This document shows positions 55,448 to 64,000 of a DNA stretch of 64,000 nucleotides, piece after piece (within the stretch, counting starts at the first letter, position 1; each line of letters starts with the position of its first letter). A program made the translations under genes and the position numbers. Source of the DNA: a virus (taxonomy: Duplodnaviria; Caudoviricetes). The notes under the pieces are model-generated. The model was given only the letters and a program-made list of their open reading frames with translations, did no database searches and had not been told where the DNA came from. Location of the stretch: the IMG/VR virus record IMGVR_UViG_3300046460_000097; one strand, written 5' to 3'.

Positions 55448-57613
55448 TTACGCAGTAGTCAGATCTTCTTCGTTGTACGCGAAGAGATCCAGGTTCATCA
55501 TGTACTTACCTTTGTTGAAGTAAGCGTGAGCGATGGTGTTCATCACAGCGCGACCGCCCGGTTGGGTTTCGTCGTAAGACGGGTCGAACGTGATCTGACG
55601 AACCAGACCACCCAGTGCATCGCGGCATTTACGCTCTGCGTTGTCCTTGAACAACGAGATGTATTGGCCGGCCGACAGCGAGGTGTCGCCGCACAGGCTG
55701 TTCCACTCGTCCTGAGCGATCTTCTCGATGCACACGCACAGGAAGTTGGTGACCAGGTCTTTCAACACGGAGTCCGGGTTGTTGTACACGGTGACCAGCG
55801 CTGGGCGGAACAGAGTTTCAACGTTACGAGGGCGCAGAGTCACACCACCGTTGTTGAAGTTGTCGTTCGCAACGAAGTCTTCTTCGAACTCGATGTTCGG
55901 GGAGTGCATGGTCCGCAGGTTGCGGTTGTCCTTGCTATCCGGCGAGAAGGCAGCCGAGATCGTGCCACGGGAGTTACCGGCGAACAGGGCGAAGGCGTAA
56001 GCCAGGTCCAGGTTACCGGAGAACGCGTCACCAGTACGCTCGTCGATCAGGTACGCTTCGATCAGGTTGATCGCGGCGCGGCTGGTAGGAGTGCCCCACT
56101 TCTCCGACTCTGGGTAGAGACGGCAGGTAGCTGCCAGCGCAGTGAAACGCGAGTAGACGTCGGCCAACTCGTTGGTCTTGCCCGGTTCCCAGACGGTAGC
56201 ATCCGGTACCACGATGATGTCCTTACGGCTGGACAGCAACTGGATAGCCAGATCCTTGACTTCTTGGGAGAAGCCCACGTCCCACCAGAACGACTGACGG
56301 TTACGAGTATAGTTCTTGGTCTCGGTTCCGGCCAAGTACTCGGTCATGTCACGAGCGATCAGGTAGTTGGTCGCTTCCCACGCCTGAGCGGCGGTCAGCG
56401 GGTACTTGGCGTTGGCCAGTACGTTGAACGGGTCATCCAGCGCAGGCTGGTCGATCCATGCAGGTACTTTGCCATCGTCGCCCAGGAACGGAGAGATACC
56501 GCCCGAAGCTTTAACAGCGCCCGACATGTCCCATGCAACCGAGCTGCCCATTTGCAGAGCGTAGTACGGAGCACCGGTGTGGTTCTGGCAGGTGAACGGG
56601 TTCATCTGCTGGAATGGGAACTGGCTGACTTCTACCAGAGTGCTGTTGTTCGGCTTTTCGATGGCGTACATTGCCTGGCAGAGCGAGGTAATGTGGTCGT
56701 CGTACGAGTAGACCGAGTTGAACGGCTGCTGAACCAGGTTAACCTTACGGTTAACGTTGGCGCCGGTGAACTGGCCGAAGCCGTTCTTCAGGCTGAACTG
56801 CTGCAGACCCTGTTCGGCTTTGAAGAGGGTGTAGCTCACGGATTCCAGACGAGCTGGAGTCTTGGCGTAGGTACGAATACCTGCTTCGCTCTCGGTGAAC
56901 ATCTTCAGGTCGAACGGGAACACGCCGGTCTGGGTAACGAAGTCGGCAATGGAACGCCAGTTAACCATATCGTTACGAACACCGGTCACCAGGCCGCTGC
57001 GGTTGTATTCGTCGCCGACGCCAGCAATAGCTTCGTACAGCGGGAACACCACAGTTTCTGGGATAGCTGGAACGTCGCCAACAGCAGGAGTGCCTGCGAT
57101 GGTACGACGAGTCAGCGCACCGACTTCTTTGGTGGCTGCGTCCGGATCAGGTTTGATCTCGATCTGCAGGCCTTCGAACTCTTCGCCGGTTTCAACTTTG
57201 GCACCGGTGTTGTCGCGAACGAAGTTACCAGCCAAGTCACGCTGGTAGTCCTTGATGGTCACTTTCTGCACGAATGCAGACATAGCAACGCGGGCTACCT
57301 TGGTGTTGGCGCTGACGCGGCGAACGCCGATAGCGGATTGGCCGCCAGCGATCAGTTGCTGCAACAGCAATGCGTTCGGGTTGTAGTACGGGGTATGGTG
57401 GTCCAGTACGTTACCGAAAGTACGAATGAAATCCGCAGTACTGATCCAGCTGGTACCTTTATCACTGGCCAGTGGGCCCTTTGGCGTGATCATGGTAAGA
57501 ACAGGAAGGTGCAGCGGGAACGTGGGTTGGGTGACGTTATAATCCGGGATCGACTTGTCGTTGATACCGTAGTTATTCACCTTCCCCGGGATGATCTTTT
57601 GAAGAACAGTCAT
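55448..57613 (-). CDS. Tail sheath protein (phiKZ gp29-like)
   Basis: 721 aa; G.ND.S..., FPLHLP....PKGP, WWDVGF, C-terminal FNKGKY.M motifs; size and position. Confidence 0.88.
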   Translation of the reverse strand: MTVLQKIIPGKVNNYGINDKSIPDYNVTQPTFPLHLPVLTMITPKGPLASDKGTSWISTADFIRTFGNVLDHHTPYYNPNALLLQQLIAGGQSAIGVRRVSANTKVARVAMSAFVQKVTIKDYQRDLAGNFVRDNTGAKVETGEEFEGLQIEIKPDPDAATKEVGALTRRTIAGTPAVGDVPAIPETVVFPLYEAIAGVGDEYNRSGLVTGVRNDMVNWRSIADFVTQTGVFPFDLKMFTESEAGIRTYAKTPARLESVSYTLFKAEQGLQQFSLKNGFGQFTGANVNRKVNLVQQPFNSVYSYDDHITSLCQAMYAIEKPNNSTLVEVSQFPFQQMNPFTCQNHTGAPYYALQMGSSVAWDMSGAVKASGGISPFLGDDGKVPAWIDQPALDDPFNVLANAKYPLTAAQAWEATNYLIARDMTEYLAGTETKNYTRNRQSFWWDVGFSQEVKDLAIQLLSSRKDIIVVPDATVWEPGKTNELADVYSRFTALAATCRLYPESEKWGTPTSRAAINLIEAYLIDERTGDAFSGNLDLAYAFALFAGNSRGTISAAFSPDSKDNRNLRTMHSPNIEFEEDFVANDNFNNGGVTLRPRNVETLFRPALVTVYNNPDSVLKDLVTNFLCVCIEKIAQDEWNSLCGDTSLSAGQYISLFKDNAERKCRDALGGLVRQITFDPSYDETQPGGRAVMNTIAHAYFNKGKYMMNLDLFAYNEEDLTTA

Positions 57614-57731
57614 GGAGAACCTCGTGGATGTCCTGGAAGTGGGTCCTGAAACAATCGTATGCTAGCCATTTCTGGGCCGTACAGTGTGTTATACCACTGG
57701 CACATAACATGTTATTTTTAGAGGTTCCTCC

Positions 57732-58610
57732 ATGCTGATCAACGCCTATGACACAACTGCCGGAAAGCCTTATCGGTCGACGGACAAGATTGAAAGCACA
57801 ATTAAAACGTTGCATGTTACTCGCAACCTGACCCCTACCAAAAAGCCGGGCGTCTTCGTTATCACCAATGAAGAGGCTTATCCGTTCCCGGTATTCGCTT
57901 TCCCGATCACCATGGAAGCGTTCAACCGTCAACTGATTACTGTTTACGATGAGCGTCCTTTCCGTAACAAGTCGAACGCCATCGTGCATGCCAACGAGGT
58001 GACCATCTCCCGGTTGGCTGCGTTCCTGCAACACGACGTAGCAGAGGGTAACCTGACCCCGCTGAAGAACTGCCGACTGATTGCGACCAAAGCTTTCTCG
58101 GAAGCACTGGGCAGCAAGATCGTTCGTAGTGCCGGTTTGGAATCCAACGAAGCACTGACCCTGAAGATCCTGTTGGCCTACTACTTCCTGTGCCTGAGCG
58201 AGAGCAACAGCACCGACCTGACACTGGTGGGCATCAACGTTATCCGTTCGATCTTCGGTAGCGAGAAAGGTTACATCCTCGGTGTTATTGAAGACCTGCC
58301 TCGTCTGGCGACCCTCGTTGACCTCCAGGAAGCTATCCTCAGCAACCCAGTGTTGTACAAACTGAAGGGTCTGACCATGGGCGACTTCTTGGCTGTGGTC
58401 GGTGGTATCAGTTTCAGTTCGCTGGGTAACAAGATTCTCATGGCTGCGGCTGAAGCACCTTGCTTGTTTACAGCAATGGTGTATGGCGTGGCTCGCTTCA
58501 AGGTTTACAACAAGACTCCTCTGGGGATCGCTCTTGATCCTAAATATAACAAGGGTGTTCTCGAATCGTTTACTCAACATATCGATTACACCTACGACCT
58601 CAACGGGTAA
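57732..58610 (+). CDS. Virion structural protein (phiKZ gp28-like)
   Basis: 292 aa, GAGG RBS, divergent from sheath; NAYDTTAG and AAEAPCLF.AM motifs. Confidence 0.65.
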   Translation: MLINAYDTTAGKPYRSTDKIESTIKTLHVTRNLTPTKKPGVFVITNEEAYPFPVFAFPITMEAFNRQLITVYDERPFRNKSNAIVHANEVTISRLAAFLQHDVAEGNLTPLKNCRLIATKAFSEALGSKIVRSAGLESNEALTLKILLAYYFLCLSESNSTDLTLVGINVIRSIFGSEKGYILGVIEDLPRLATLVDLQEAILSNPVLYKLKGLTMGDFLAVVGGISFSSLGNKILMAAAEAPCLFTAMVYGVARFKVYNKTPLGIALDPKYNKGVLESFTQHIDYTYDLNG

Positions 58611-58615
58611 ACAAC

Positions 58616-61279
58616 ATGGGTATTCGTGGACCGGAAGACAGTACTCCGTTGGTGAACTACACGGACTTTAACCTTTGGTCGAATCCGGAAGAGAACCAAC
58701 AGTACCAAGTCGAAATGAATCGTGTGACCGGAGACTTTGGCGTAAGCTTTAACTTCGGTTACATGAACAAGTGGCGAGTCCTGCCGAAGAAGAACACGTT
58801 TTACCACGTCTACTCTATCGGCGGTTTGTCCCCAGGTTTCTGGAACTTCAAGAACACCATCCTCGGGCGTAACCCGCTGGACCGTTGGTGTAATGCTGCG
58901 TCGTTGGCGAAGGCTCGTGGTATCCAGTTGGATATCTACAACTCCAAGGGCTACCAAGCCTCCCGTGGTCACTGCTGGATCATGGTGACTTACGACGGGC
59001 TGGTATTGATCGCCATCGAGAAGATGTCGCAGTATCCGATTGATCTGGATTCGCACATGCACTTCCGCTGCTACACGCCGAGTGTGTTGGTGGATCTCAG
59101 TCGACTGCTGCAAGGTGAAGTCAACAACCCATTCACCTACGAAACCATGGTCTACGAGAATGCGGGTGAGCTGGCTACACTGATGGCTCGCTACAGCTAC
59201 TTCAAGGCCAAGCCGGGTTACACCGGTGTGTACTACAACGGGGCGTTCTTCAATGGTGCGCCTAACGCCATCCCCGGAATCAAGCCGGGTGACATCGTTG
59301 AGTTCTGGCATGACCCTACGGTGATTCGCACCGAGATCTACCAGTACAAGAACTTGGCGGACTTCTACTCCGATCTGGACAAGAAGCGTAAGGTGATACT
59401 GCACCCTGCTAAACGTAAGGGCGACTTCACCATCCGCTACTTCGATGACAACGACTACTTCTTGGTAGGTCCAAACAAGAAGGGGTTGTATCTTCATCGG
59501 AACAGCGAGACCACAGTTCGTCAGTTGACTCATGTTGACGTGTCGATCGCTGCGGACTACATCGAGTCGGCTGCCGCTTACCATCCGGACTTGTCGGATA
59601 CCGACAAGATCAGCATCATGATCATGGTTCGGAAAACTGACTGGGAATACAAGTGGCCGAATGAGCATCATCGCATTCGTTACCTGTACCGTTTCCCAGA
59701 CGCCGATATCATCAAGGCTTTCACTGGTGCTCGGGCGAACATGCCAGAGTGGACAGCTGCAGGACTGGAGACTGGGGCTACAATGGGTCTGTTGCGTCGT
59801 CAGTGGGGCGAGATCAAGAAGGATGATGCAATCCTTTCGACCGGCTACAACGCGGCTACACGAGTGCTTAGCGAGACTCCTCTGCGGGCTACCTACTTGC
59901 TGGGTCAACGCGGTATCGAGATTCCAGTAACCTATCGTCCGTCCTGCACCGCTTGGGAACACGATTCCAATGGCAAGCTGCTGGGCTTCTGGAACATGGT
60001 GGGCAATCGCTACTATGCTCCTCGTAGCCCTACCTGTGCCATGGTCGAGTTCACCATGGGTGAGTACAGTCGCAAGCTGGACACCACTGTTACCAATCAG
60101 AACCTACCACTAGAGGCTGATTGGGACTACCAAGTCTACACTTGTGCATGGAGTATCGTGCTGGGTGAGCTGGTAGGTGAATGGACTAACGTCACTGACG
60201 ATAGCACCATGTATGTCATCACGGATGGGGTTCTGACCTGGAAGGGGCTGGATAAGGTCAACAAGCGCGGGATCATTATTTCTAACAAGAAGATCCTCGC
60301 TTATCAATTCCAGTTGAACCACCTTGACCGTAGCTTGGCGTTTGCTCTGACTGAGATCTACGAAGACGGCGGTTTGTTGGCTCCTGTGACCTTTGCCCAG
60401 GTTGATATCTGGTTGAACGGACACCCGCTGATCGATAAGGTAGATTGGATCTATGACGACCAGTACTGCTACATCAACAACAAAGAGTTCTTGGTTGACG
60501 GTCCTCAAACGATCACTGTACGGGCGCACGGCCTCGGTAAAGATGTGGTTGAGCCAAACACTGACACCGAGCTGGGATATGTGGATGGCGGCGTTATTGG
60601 CCGCTTCAATCGCTATAATCTTCGCGGTGATCGAGTTACTCGTACGGTTATTAATGGAGCCCTTTACCTGACGGATGAAGTTCCCCGGGCTGAGCGTTCT
60701 ATTCCGGATGGTCAGTGGAGCGCCTTGAACGGTCGTCCGTACATGGTTAAACACCAGTACTGTCCGGTCAAGTATGTGGACCCTGTCCACAGCTACCCGT
60801 ACCGTGCTCGCAGTCGTGAGGTCGACCAGCGTGTCAGTGACTACATGACCCTGTGGTTGCCTAAGCCTCGTACTGCCGCTGAAGAGATCACTTGGGAATC
60901 GGCATCGCTGCCGGCGGGTTCTAACCTCCCTGCGGTTCCGAACTTGCAGGATAAGTATCGCCTGTACAGTCCGTTCCTGAACGTGGTGGTTAACGGTGTG
61001 CTGAACAACTTGATTCCTTTGCCTGCAATGGGGTCCGGTGAAACAGCTTACAGCATGCAAGACGTTAAGGATGCTGTGGCTCCGTACATCTGGTGGCTGA
61101 AGTACGATCCTGTTATCCGTAAGTACGACCGTCGTTACTTCGCGATTACCCCGTTTGCAAACTACGGTAAACTTACCGTGTCGGATAAAGAGCTTATCTT
61201 CTTCAAACAGGTCAACGATTTGTACCTCGAATCGGTCTGTGTGATTGAAGGTTACTTCGAGGTGAACAACAATGTTTGA
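58616..61279 (+). CDS. Virion structural/baseplate protein (phiKZ gp27-like)
   Basis: 887 aa; W.NPE.N.QY, LWLNG..LI, DKYRLYSPF motifs; synteny. Confidence 0.7.
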   Translation: MGIRGPEDSTPLVNYTDFNLWSNPEENQQYQVEMNRVTGDFGVSFNFGYMNKWRVLPKKNTFYHVYSIGGLSPGFWNFKNTILGRNPLDRWCNAASLAKARGIQLDIYNSKGYQASRGHCWIMVTYDGLVLIAIEKMSQYPIDLDSHMHFRCYTPSVLVDLSRLLQGEVNNPFTYETMVYENAGELATLMARYSYFKAKPGYTGVYYNGAFFNGAPNAIPGIKPGDIVEFWHDPTVIRTEIYQYKNLADFYSDLDKKRKVILHPAKRKGDFTIRYFDDNDYFLVGPNKKGLYLHRNSETTVRQLTHVDVSIAADYIESAAAYHPDLSDTDKISIMIMVRKTDWEYKWPNEHHRIRYLYRFPDADIIKAFTGARANMPEWTAAGLETGATMGLLRRQWGEIKKDDAILSTGYNAATRVLSETPLRATYLLGQRGIEIPVTYRPSCTAWEHDSNGKLLGFWNMVGNRYYAPRSPTCAMVEFTMGEYSRKLDTTVTNQNLPLEADWDYQVYTCAWSIVLGELVGEWTNVTDDSTMYVITDGVLTWKGLDKVNKRGIIISNKKILAYQFQLNHLDRSLAFALTEIYEDGGLLAPVTFAQVDIWLNGHPLIDKVDWIYDDQYCYINNKEFLVDGPQTITVRAHGLGKDVVEPNTDTELGYVDGGVIGRFNRYNLRGDRVTRTVINGALYLTDEVPRAERSIPDGQWSALNGRPYMVKHQYCPVKYVDPVHSYPYRARSREVDQRVSDYMTLWLPKPRTAAEEITWESASLPAGSNLPAVPNLQDKYRLYSPFLNVVVNGVLNNLIPLPAMGSGETAYSMQDVKDAVAPYIWWLKYDPVIRKYDRRYFAITPFANYGKLTVSDKELIFFKQVNDLYLESVCVIEGYFEVNNNV

Positions 61280-62996
61280 CCAAACCCCCTTGTCCTCCGC
61301 GGTTAACGCGGTAGCAGGTACATCCATCAGCCCCATGAACACCGGGGAGCGAAAGGTTCTCCACTACATCGAGAACATCTTCGACCCGGATAAACATCCG
61401 ATTACCGACCTGACCAGTTACGTGGTTCCTCAGGAAGGTGAGCTGGTGTTCGACGTGGACAACGGTATCATCTACCGTGTAGCCAATGTTGCTTGGCAGT
61501 CTACCCTGAAGTCGACGCTGGTGCCATGGGAGTTCACGACCACTGCTGGCGCTGGCACTACTGACCAGGATTACATCTTCGGTCTGCGTGGCGGTCCTCA
61601 GAACGGTGAAGCCCTGCTGGCCATCGACTACAGCGTACGTCCTAACGTCGCTCGTGTTGATTCCACCATCATGCGTCCAGGTGCTGCTTACGGTCTGGTG
61701 TATCTGGGTTCTGCTGCTGTCGATAGCAACATCATTTCGGCACAGTACGACTCGTCGCTGAACATGGTGAACAAGCAGGTGCCTACCAAGCTGGCTGCGA
61801 TCAATGGTTATGATAACAAAGCGATCATGACCACCGGTGCATTCAGTGTGACCAAGAACGAAGAAGCACTGCCTGACGGCACTCGTTGCTGGTTGGTGTT
61901 CTACGACATTGCTGGCGAGTACATTCCTCCGGCGCAGCCGTTGATGGTACAGCACTCGGCGTACATGAAAGATCACCAAGTCGGCGTCAAGTACGTCACT
62001 GGTGTGGAACTCATCACGCCATGGTTCACCAACATCAGCGATCCTGATCGTATCATCGTTCCGATCAACGTTGCTTTGGCTACCGTCGAGTTCCGTGCGG
62101 TTACGCATTACTCCGACGGCAGTACCTCGGCGCCAGCTCCGGTTAACAACGGCGAATACTCGCTGTTTGGTATCTCGGAATACCGTCCGAAGTTCCCGGG
62201 TCAAACGGGTGAGCTCACGCTGACCAAGAAATTGGCAGCCAACGAGCAACACTACATTGCCAACCCTGGCAACCCGAACTTCGCTCGTAAGAGCTACACC
62301 ATCGAGGCCGGTGCGTCGAAGGGTGCTTACTCTCCGAAGATCTACACGTACCCGCAATGGGATGCGACTCTGGGCGGCTACCGTCTGCAGCACTTCCTGT
62401 ACGACTTGGATCGTCGCACGTTCACCGAGGTTACTGCGTTTGTCAAGTACAACGACAAGTCCCCGGCGTACAAGCCATCCTCGTACGGTCTGTCTCAGCC
62501 GTTGATCTTCAACCTGAACCTGAAAGATGTCAACTCGACGTACGAAAGTGTGATCTTCATCCAGCACACCGAAATCATCCTGTTGAAAGACATCAACGGT
62601 CCGGGCACTCGCTGGCAGGTGAACTTCTCTTACGGGAAGCCGATCTACAGCGCGTTGGTCGCGGGCGTGAAGGGTACTGGTGCGGCTACCAAGTTCAACA
62701 TCATGAACGGGTTCGACTCGTTGCCTGAATGGCTTGATGGCATGTACCAATCTGTTTACCCGGCTTACGACGTGTGGAACGAAGACAAGGCGCCGATCCC
62801 GACGCACTTCGACCTCATGCACGAAGACGGTCGTAAATGGCGCTTCGACATCGCGGTTGCGTGGAACAAGGACAACGCTATCAGCATCTCGATGCAGAAG
62901 GGCAAGACCTGGTACATCGACTGGATCAACAAGAACGCTTCGGGTACCGAGCTGCAGTTGGGTCAGACCGGCATCACTGTCGAACTGATCTCTTGA
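61272..62996 (+). CDS. Virion structural/baseplate protein (phiKZ gp26-like)
   Basis: 574 aa, GAGGTG RBS, 8-nt overlap with upstream gene; synteny before terminase. Confidence 0.7.
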   Translation: MFDQTPLSSAVNAVAGTSISPMNTGERKVLHYIENIFDPDKHPITDLTSYVVPQEGELVFDVDNGIIYRVANVAWQSTLKSTLVPWEFTTTAGAGTTDQDYIFGLRGGPQNGEALLAIDYSVRPNVARVDSTIMRPGAAYGLVYLGSAAVDSNIISAQYDSSLNMVNKQVPTKLAAINGYDNKAIMTTGAFSVTKNEEALPDGTRCWLVFYDIAGEYIPPAQPLMVQHSAYMKDHQVGVKYVTGVELITPWFTNISDPDRIIVPINVALATVEFRAVTHYSDGSTSAPAPVNNGEYSLFGISEYRPKFPGQTGELTLTKKLAANEQHYIANPGNPNFARKSYTIEAGASKGAYSPKIYTYPQWDATLGGYRLQHFLYDLDRRTFTEVTAFVKYNDKSPAYKPSSYGLSQPLIFNLNLKDVNSTYESVIFIQHTEIILLKDINGPGTRWQVNFSYGKPIYSALVAGVKGTGAATKFNIMNGFDSLPEWLDGMYQSVYPAYDVWNEDKAPIPTHFDLMHEDGRKWRFDIAVAWNKDNAISISMQKGKTWYIDWINKNASGTELQLGQTGITVELIS

Positions 62997-63029
62997 TGTT
63001 ATACAACCACCCATCACTGGAGTAGAAGT

Positions 63030-63221
63030 ATGACGTCGTCTGTTAAAGCATCGGCCCATTGCGCTGATAACAAGGAAGTTGTGGTTCGTGTGATCAACAT
63101 GGCTACCAATGAGCAGCTCGAAGAATTCGTTCTGCAAAACGGCGAAGTCAAGGAAGTTTACGTTTGGGATGAGCGAGCTGTCATCACTCACGAGCGTCCA
63201 AAATCGGTTGAAGCTGTGTAA
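63030..63221 (+). CDS. Small hypothetical protein
   Basis: 63 aa, GGAG RBS; AHC..NKEV.V...LQNGE...VYV. Confidence 0.75.
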   Translation: MTSSVKASAHCADNKEVVVRVINMATNEQLEEFVLQNGEVKEVYVWDERAVITHERPKSVEAV

Positions 63222-63232
63222 CACCGTTCTAA

Positions 63233-63260
63233 CAGGCCAAGGGGTAACACCCTTGGTCTG
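63233..63260 (+). terminator. Intrinsic terminator
   Basis: CAGGCCAAGGG-loop-CCCTTGGTCTG plus T tract. Confidence 0.7.
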
Positions 63261-63302
63261 CTTTCTTTTTTGTCTGATGTATATTTTTAACGGGGATGAT
63301 CC

Positions 63303-64000
63303 ATGTCGGAAACCACTGAGATTCCCAATCTCAAGTTTGCTAAGGATCTGGTCAATTACCTCGGCTGTCAGAACCTCCCTAAGGAACTGATTGACGATCG
63401 TAAGAAACGGGTCGATTGGGAAAAGCGTACCGAAGATGAGCTGACCATGGCTCACTTCAATGAAGATAGTTTGTTCAAGATCAAGACGGTTCGTTTCCTC
63501 AAGGACTTCGCGCGTTACAAAGCGGCTCCTGATCTGAAGACCACCAACACCAGCTTTCTGCGTACCGCTGAGATCTTCCGTCAGCAAGGGATTAAGAACT
63601 ATTACTTCCTGCTGCAACTGAACAACCCGGCACTGGTGGGTGTGGATCCGTATGACGAGAACCTGACCCATGACCAGAAGCTGATGGTCATGCACGAATG
63701 CGAGACCAACTTCTGGTACTTCCTTCGTGAGGTGTGCAAGCTGCGACCTGATCGTCAGTTCTTGGCTAACCGGGGTAACATCAGTTTCATCTGGAGTTAC
63801 CTGAACCACATCACCACGTACATGATCATGCCTCGTCAACAGGGCAAGTATCAGGATGACAACAACAAGGTCCGGATTAAGCCTAAGGGTCGTGCTGATA
63901 CACCGGATGACATGTGGGCAAAGATTGGCAGCCTGCAGTTGGGTGATGAAGTTATCGACCGTTACGGCAATGTGTGTAACGTGATCGGTGTACACCCTCA
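63303..64000 (+). CDS. terL: Terminase large subunit (phiKZ gp25-like), 5' part, intein-containing
   Basis: Not in ORF track (runs off edge). ATG 63303; TTNTSF, GIKNYYF, GVDPYD, EC.TNFWYFLRE, Walker A MPRQQGK. Confidence 0.9.
   Translation, partial: MSETTEIPNLKFAKDLVNYLGCQNLPKELIDDRKKRVDWEKRTEDELTMAHFNEDSLFKIKTVRFLKDFARYKAAPDLKTTNTSFLRTAEIFRQQGIKNYYFLLQLNNPALVGVDPYDENLTHDQKLMVMHECETNFWYFLREVCKLRPDRQFLANRGNISFIWSYLNHITTYMIMPRQQGKYQDDNNKVRIKPKGRADTPDDMWAKIGSLQLGDEVIDRYGNVCNVIGVHP
63849..64000 (+). mobile_element. Intein N-terminal region inserted in terminase Walker A (truncated by window)
   Basis: After RQQGK: YQDDNNKVRI...WAKIGSLQLGDEVIDRYGNVCNVIGVHP, the Hint N-terminal W..IG.L..GD.V...G pattern. 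Confidence 0.85.

Noticed and set aside
55391-57649. 752-aa + strand ORF (and similar 300-470-aa antisense ORFs opposite core genes)
   Set aside because: Shadow of the codon-biased tail sheath gene; explained by scarcity of TTA/CTA/TCA codons
57614-57731. Late (TATG) and middle promoter candidates here and at 6807-6880, 17196-17303
   Set aside because: Four-base motifs cannot be supported from sequence alone without TSS data
61212-63995. 927-aa - strand ORF spanning three genes
   Set aside because: The three real + strand genes (61272, 63030, 63303) all lie in the same frame, so their stop-poor antisense shadow runs through; it also crosses a terminator
1-64000. tRNA genes or stop-codon reassignment
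   Set aside because: No cloverleaf with TTC loop/CCA seen in the short intergenic regions; genes end normally in TAA, TGA or TAG with high coding density under the standard code

Overview
The whole window is a segment of a phiKZ-like jumbo myovirus genome (Chimalliviridae; gene order tail lysin - beta' - beta - endolysin resembles Pseudomonas phages EL/OBP, which is an inference from recalled synteny). It carries the late/structural core: two paralogous tail proteins and a 1458-aa collagen-like fibre, baseplate proteins, a RecA/UvsX homolog, three clear virion RNA polymerase fragments (betaC, beta'N, betaN) plus a probable fourth (beta'M), a 2705-aa tail lysin with GH19 and M15-type domains, a modular endolysin, prohead protease, tail tube, tail sheath and the 5' part of an intein-containing large terminase. 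Early accessory islands driven by TATATTAC promoters (about 6.9-12.2 kb, 21.7-22.7 kb, 45.8-54.4 kb) are interspersed. No tRNA, rRNA or CRISPR array was seen. The most striking unexplained items are: (1) a free-standing class-3-type intein gene whose exteins total only 12 residues; (2) an 89-aa single-TM ORF with a strong RBS overprinted in the +1 frame of the RNA polymerase beta gene, in the same operon as the endolysin; (3) a duplicated 64-bp promoter-hairpin cassette, following a terminator, with compensatory stem changes; (4) a terminase intein starting with Tyr; (5) a divergent paralog array and several apparent pseudo-enzymes. All homolog assignments are from motif recognition and recalled synteny; no searches were run.
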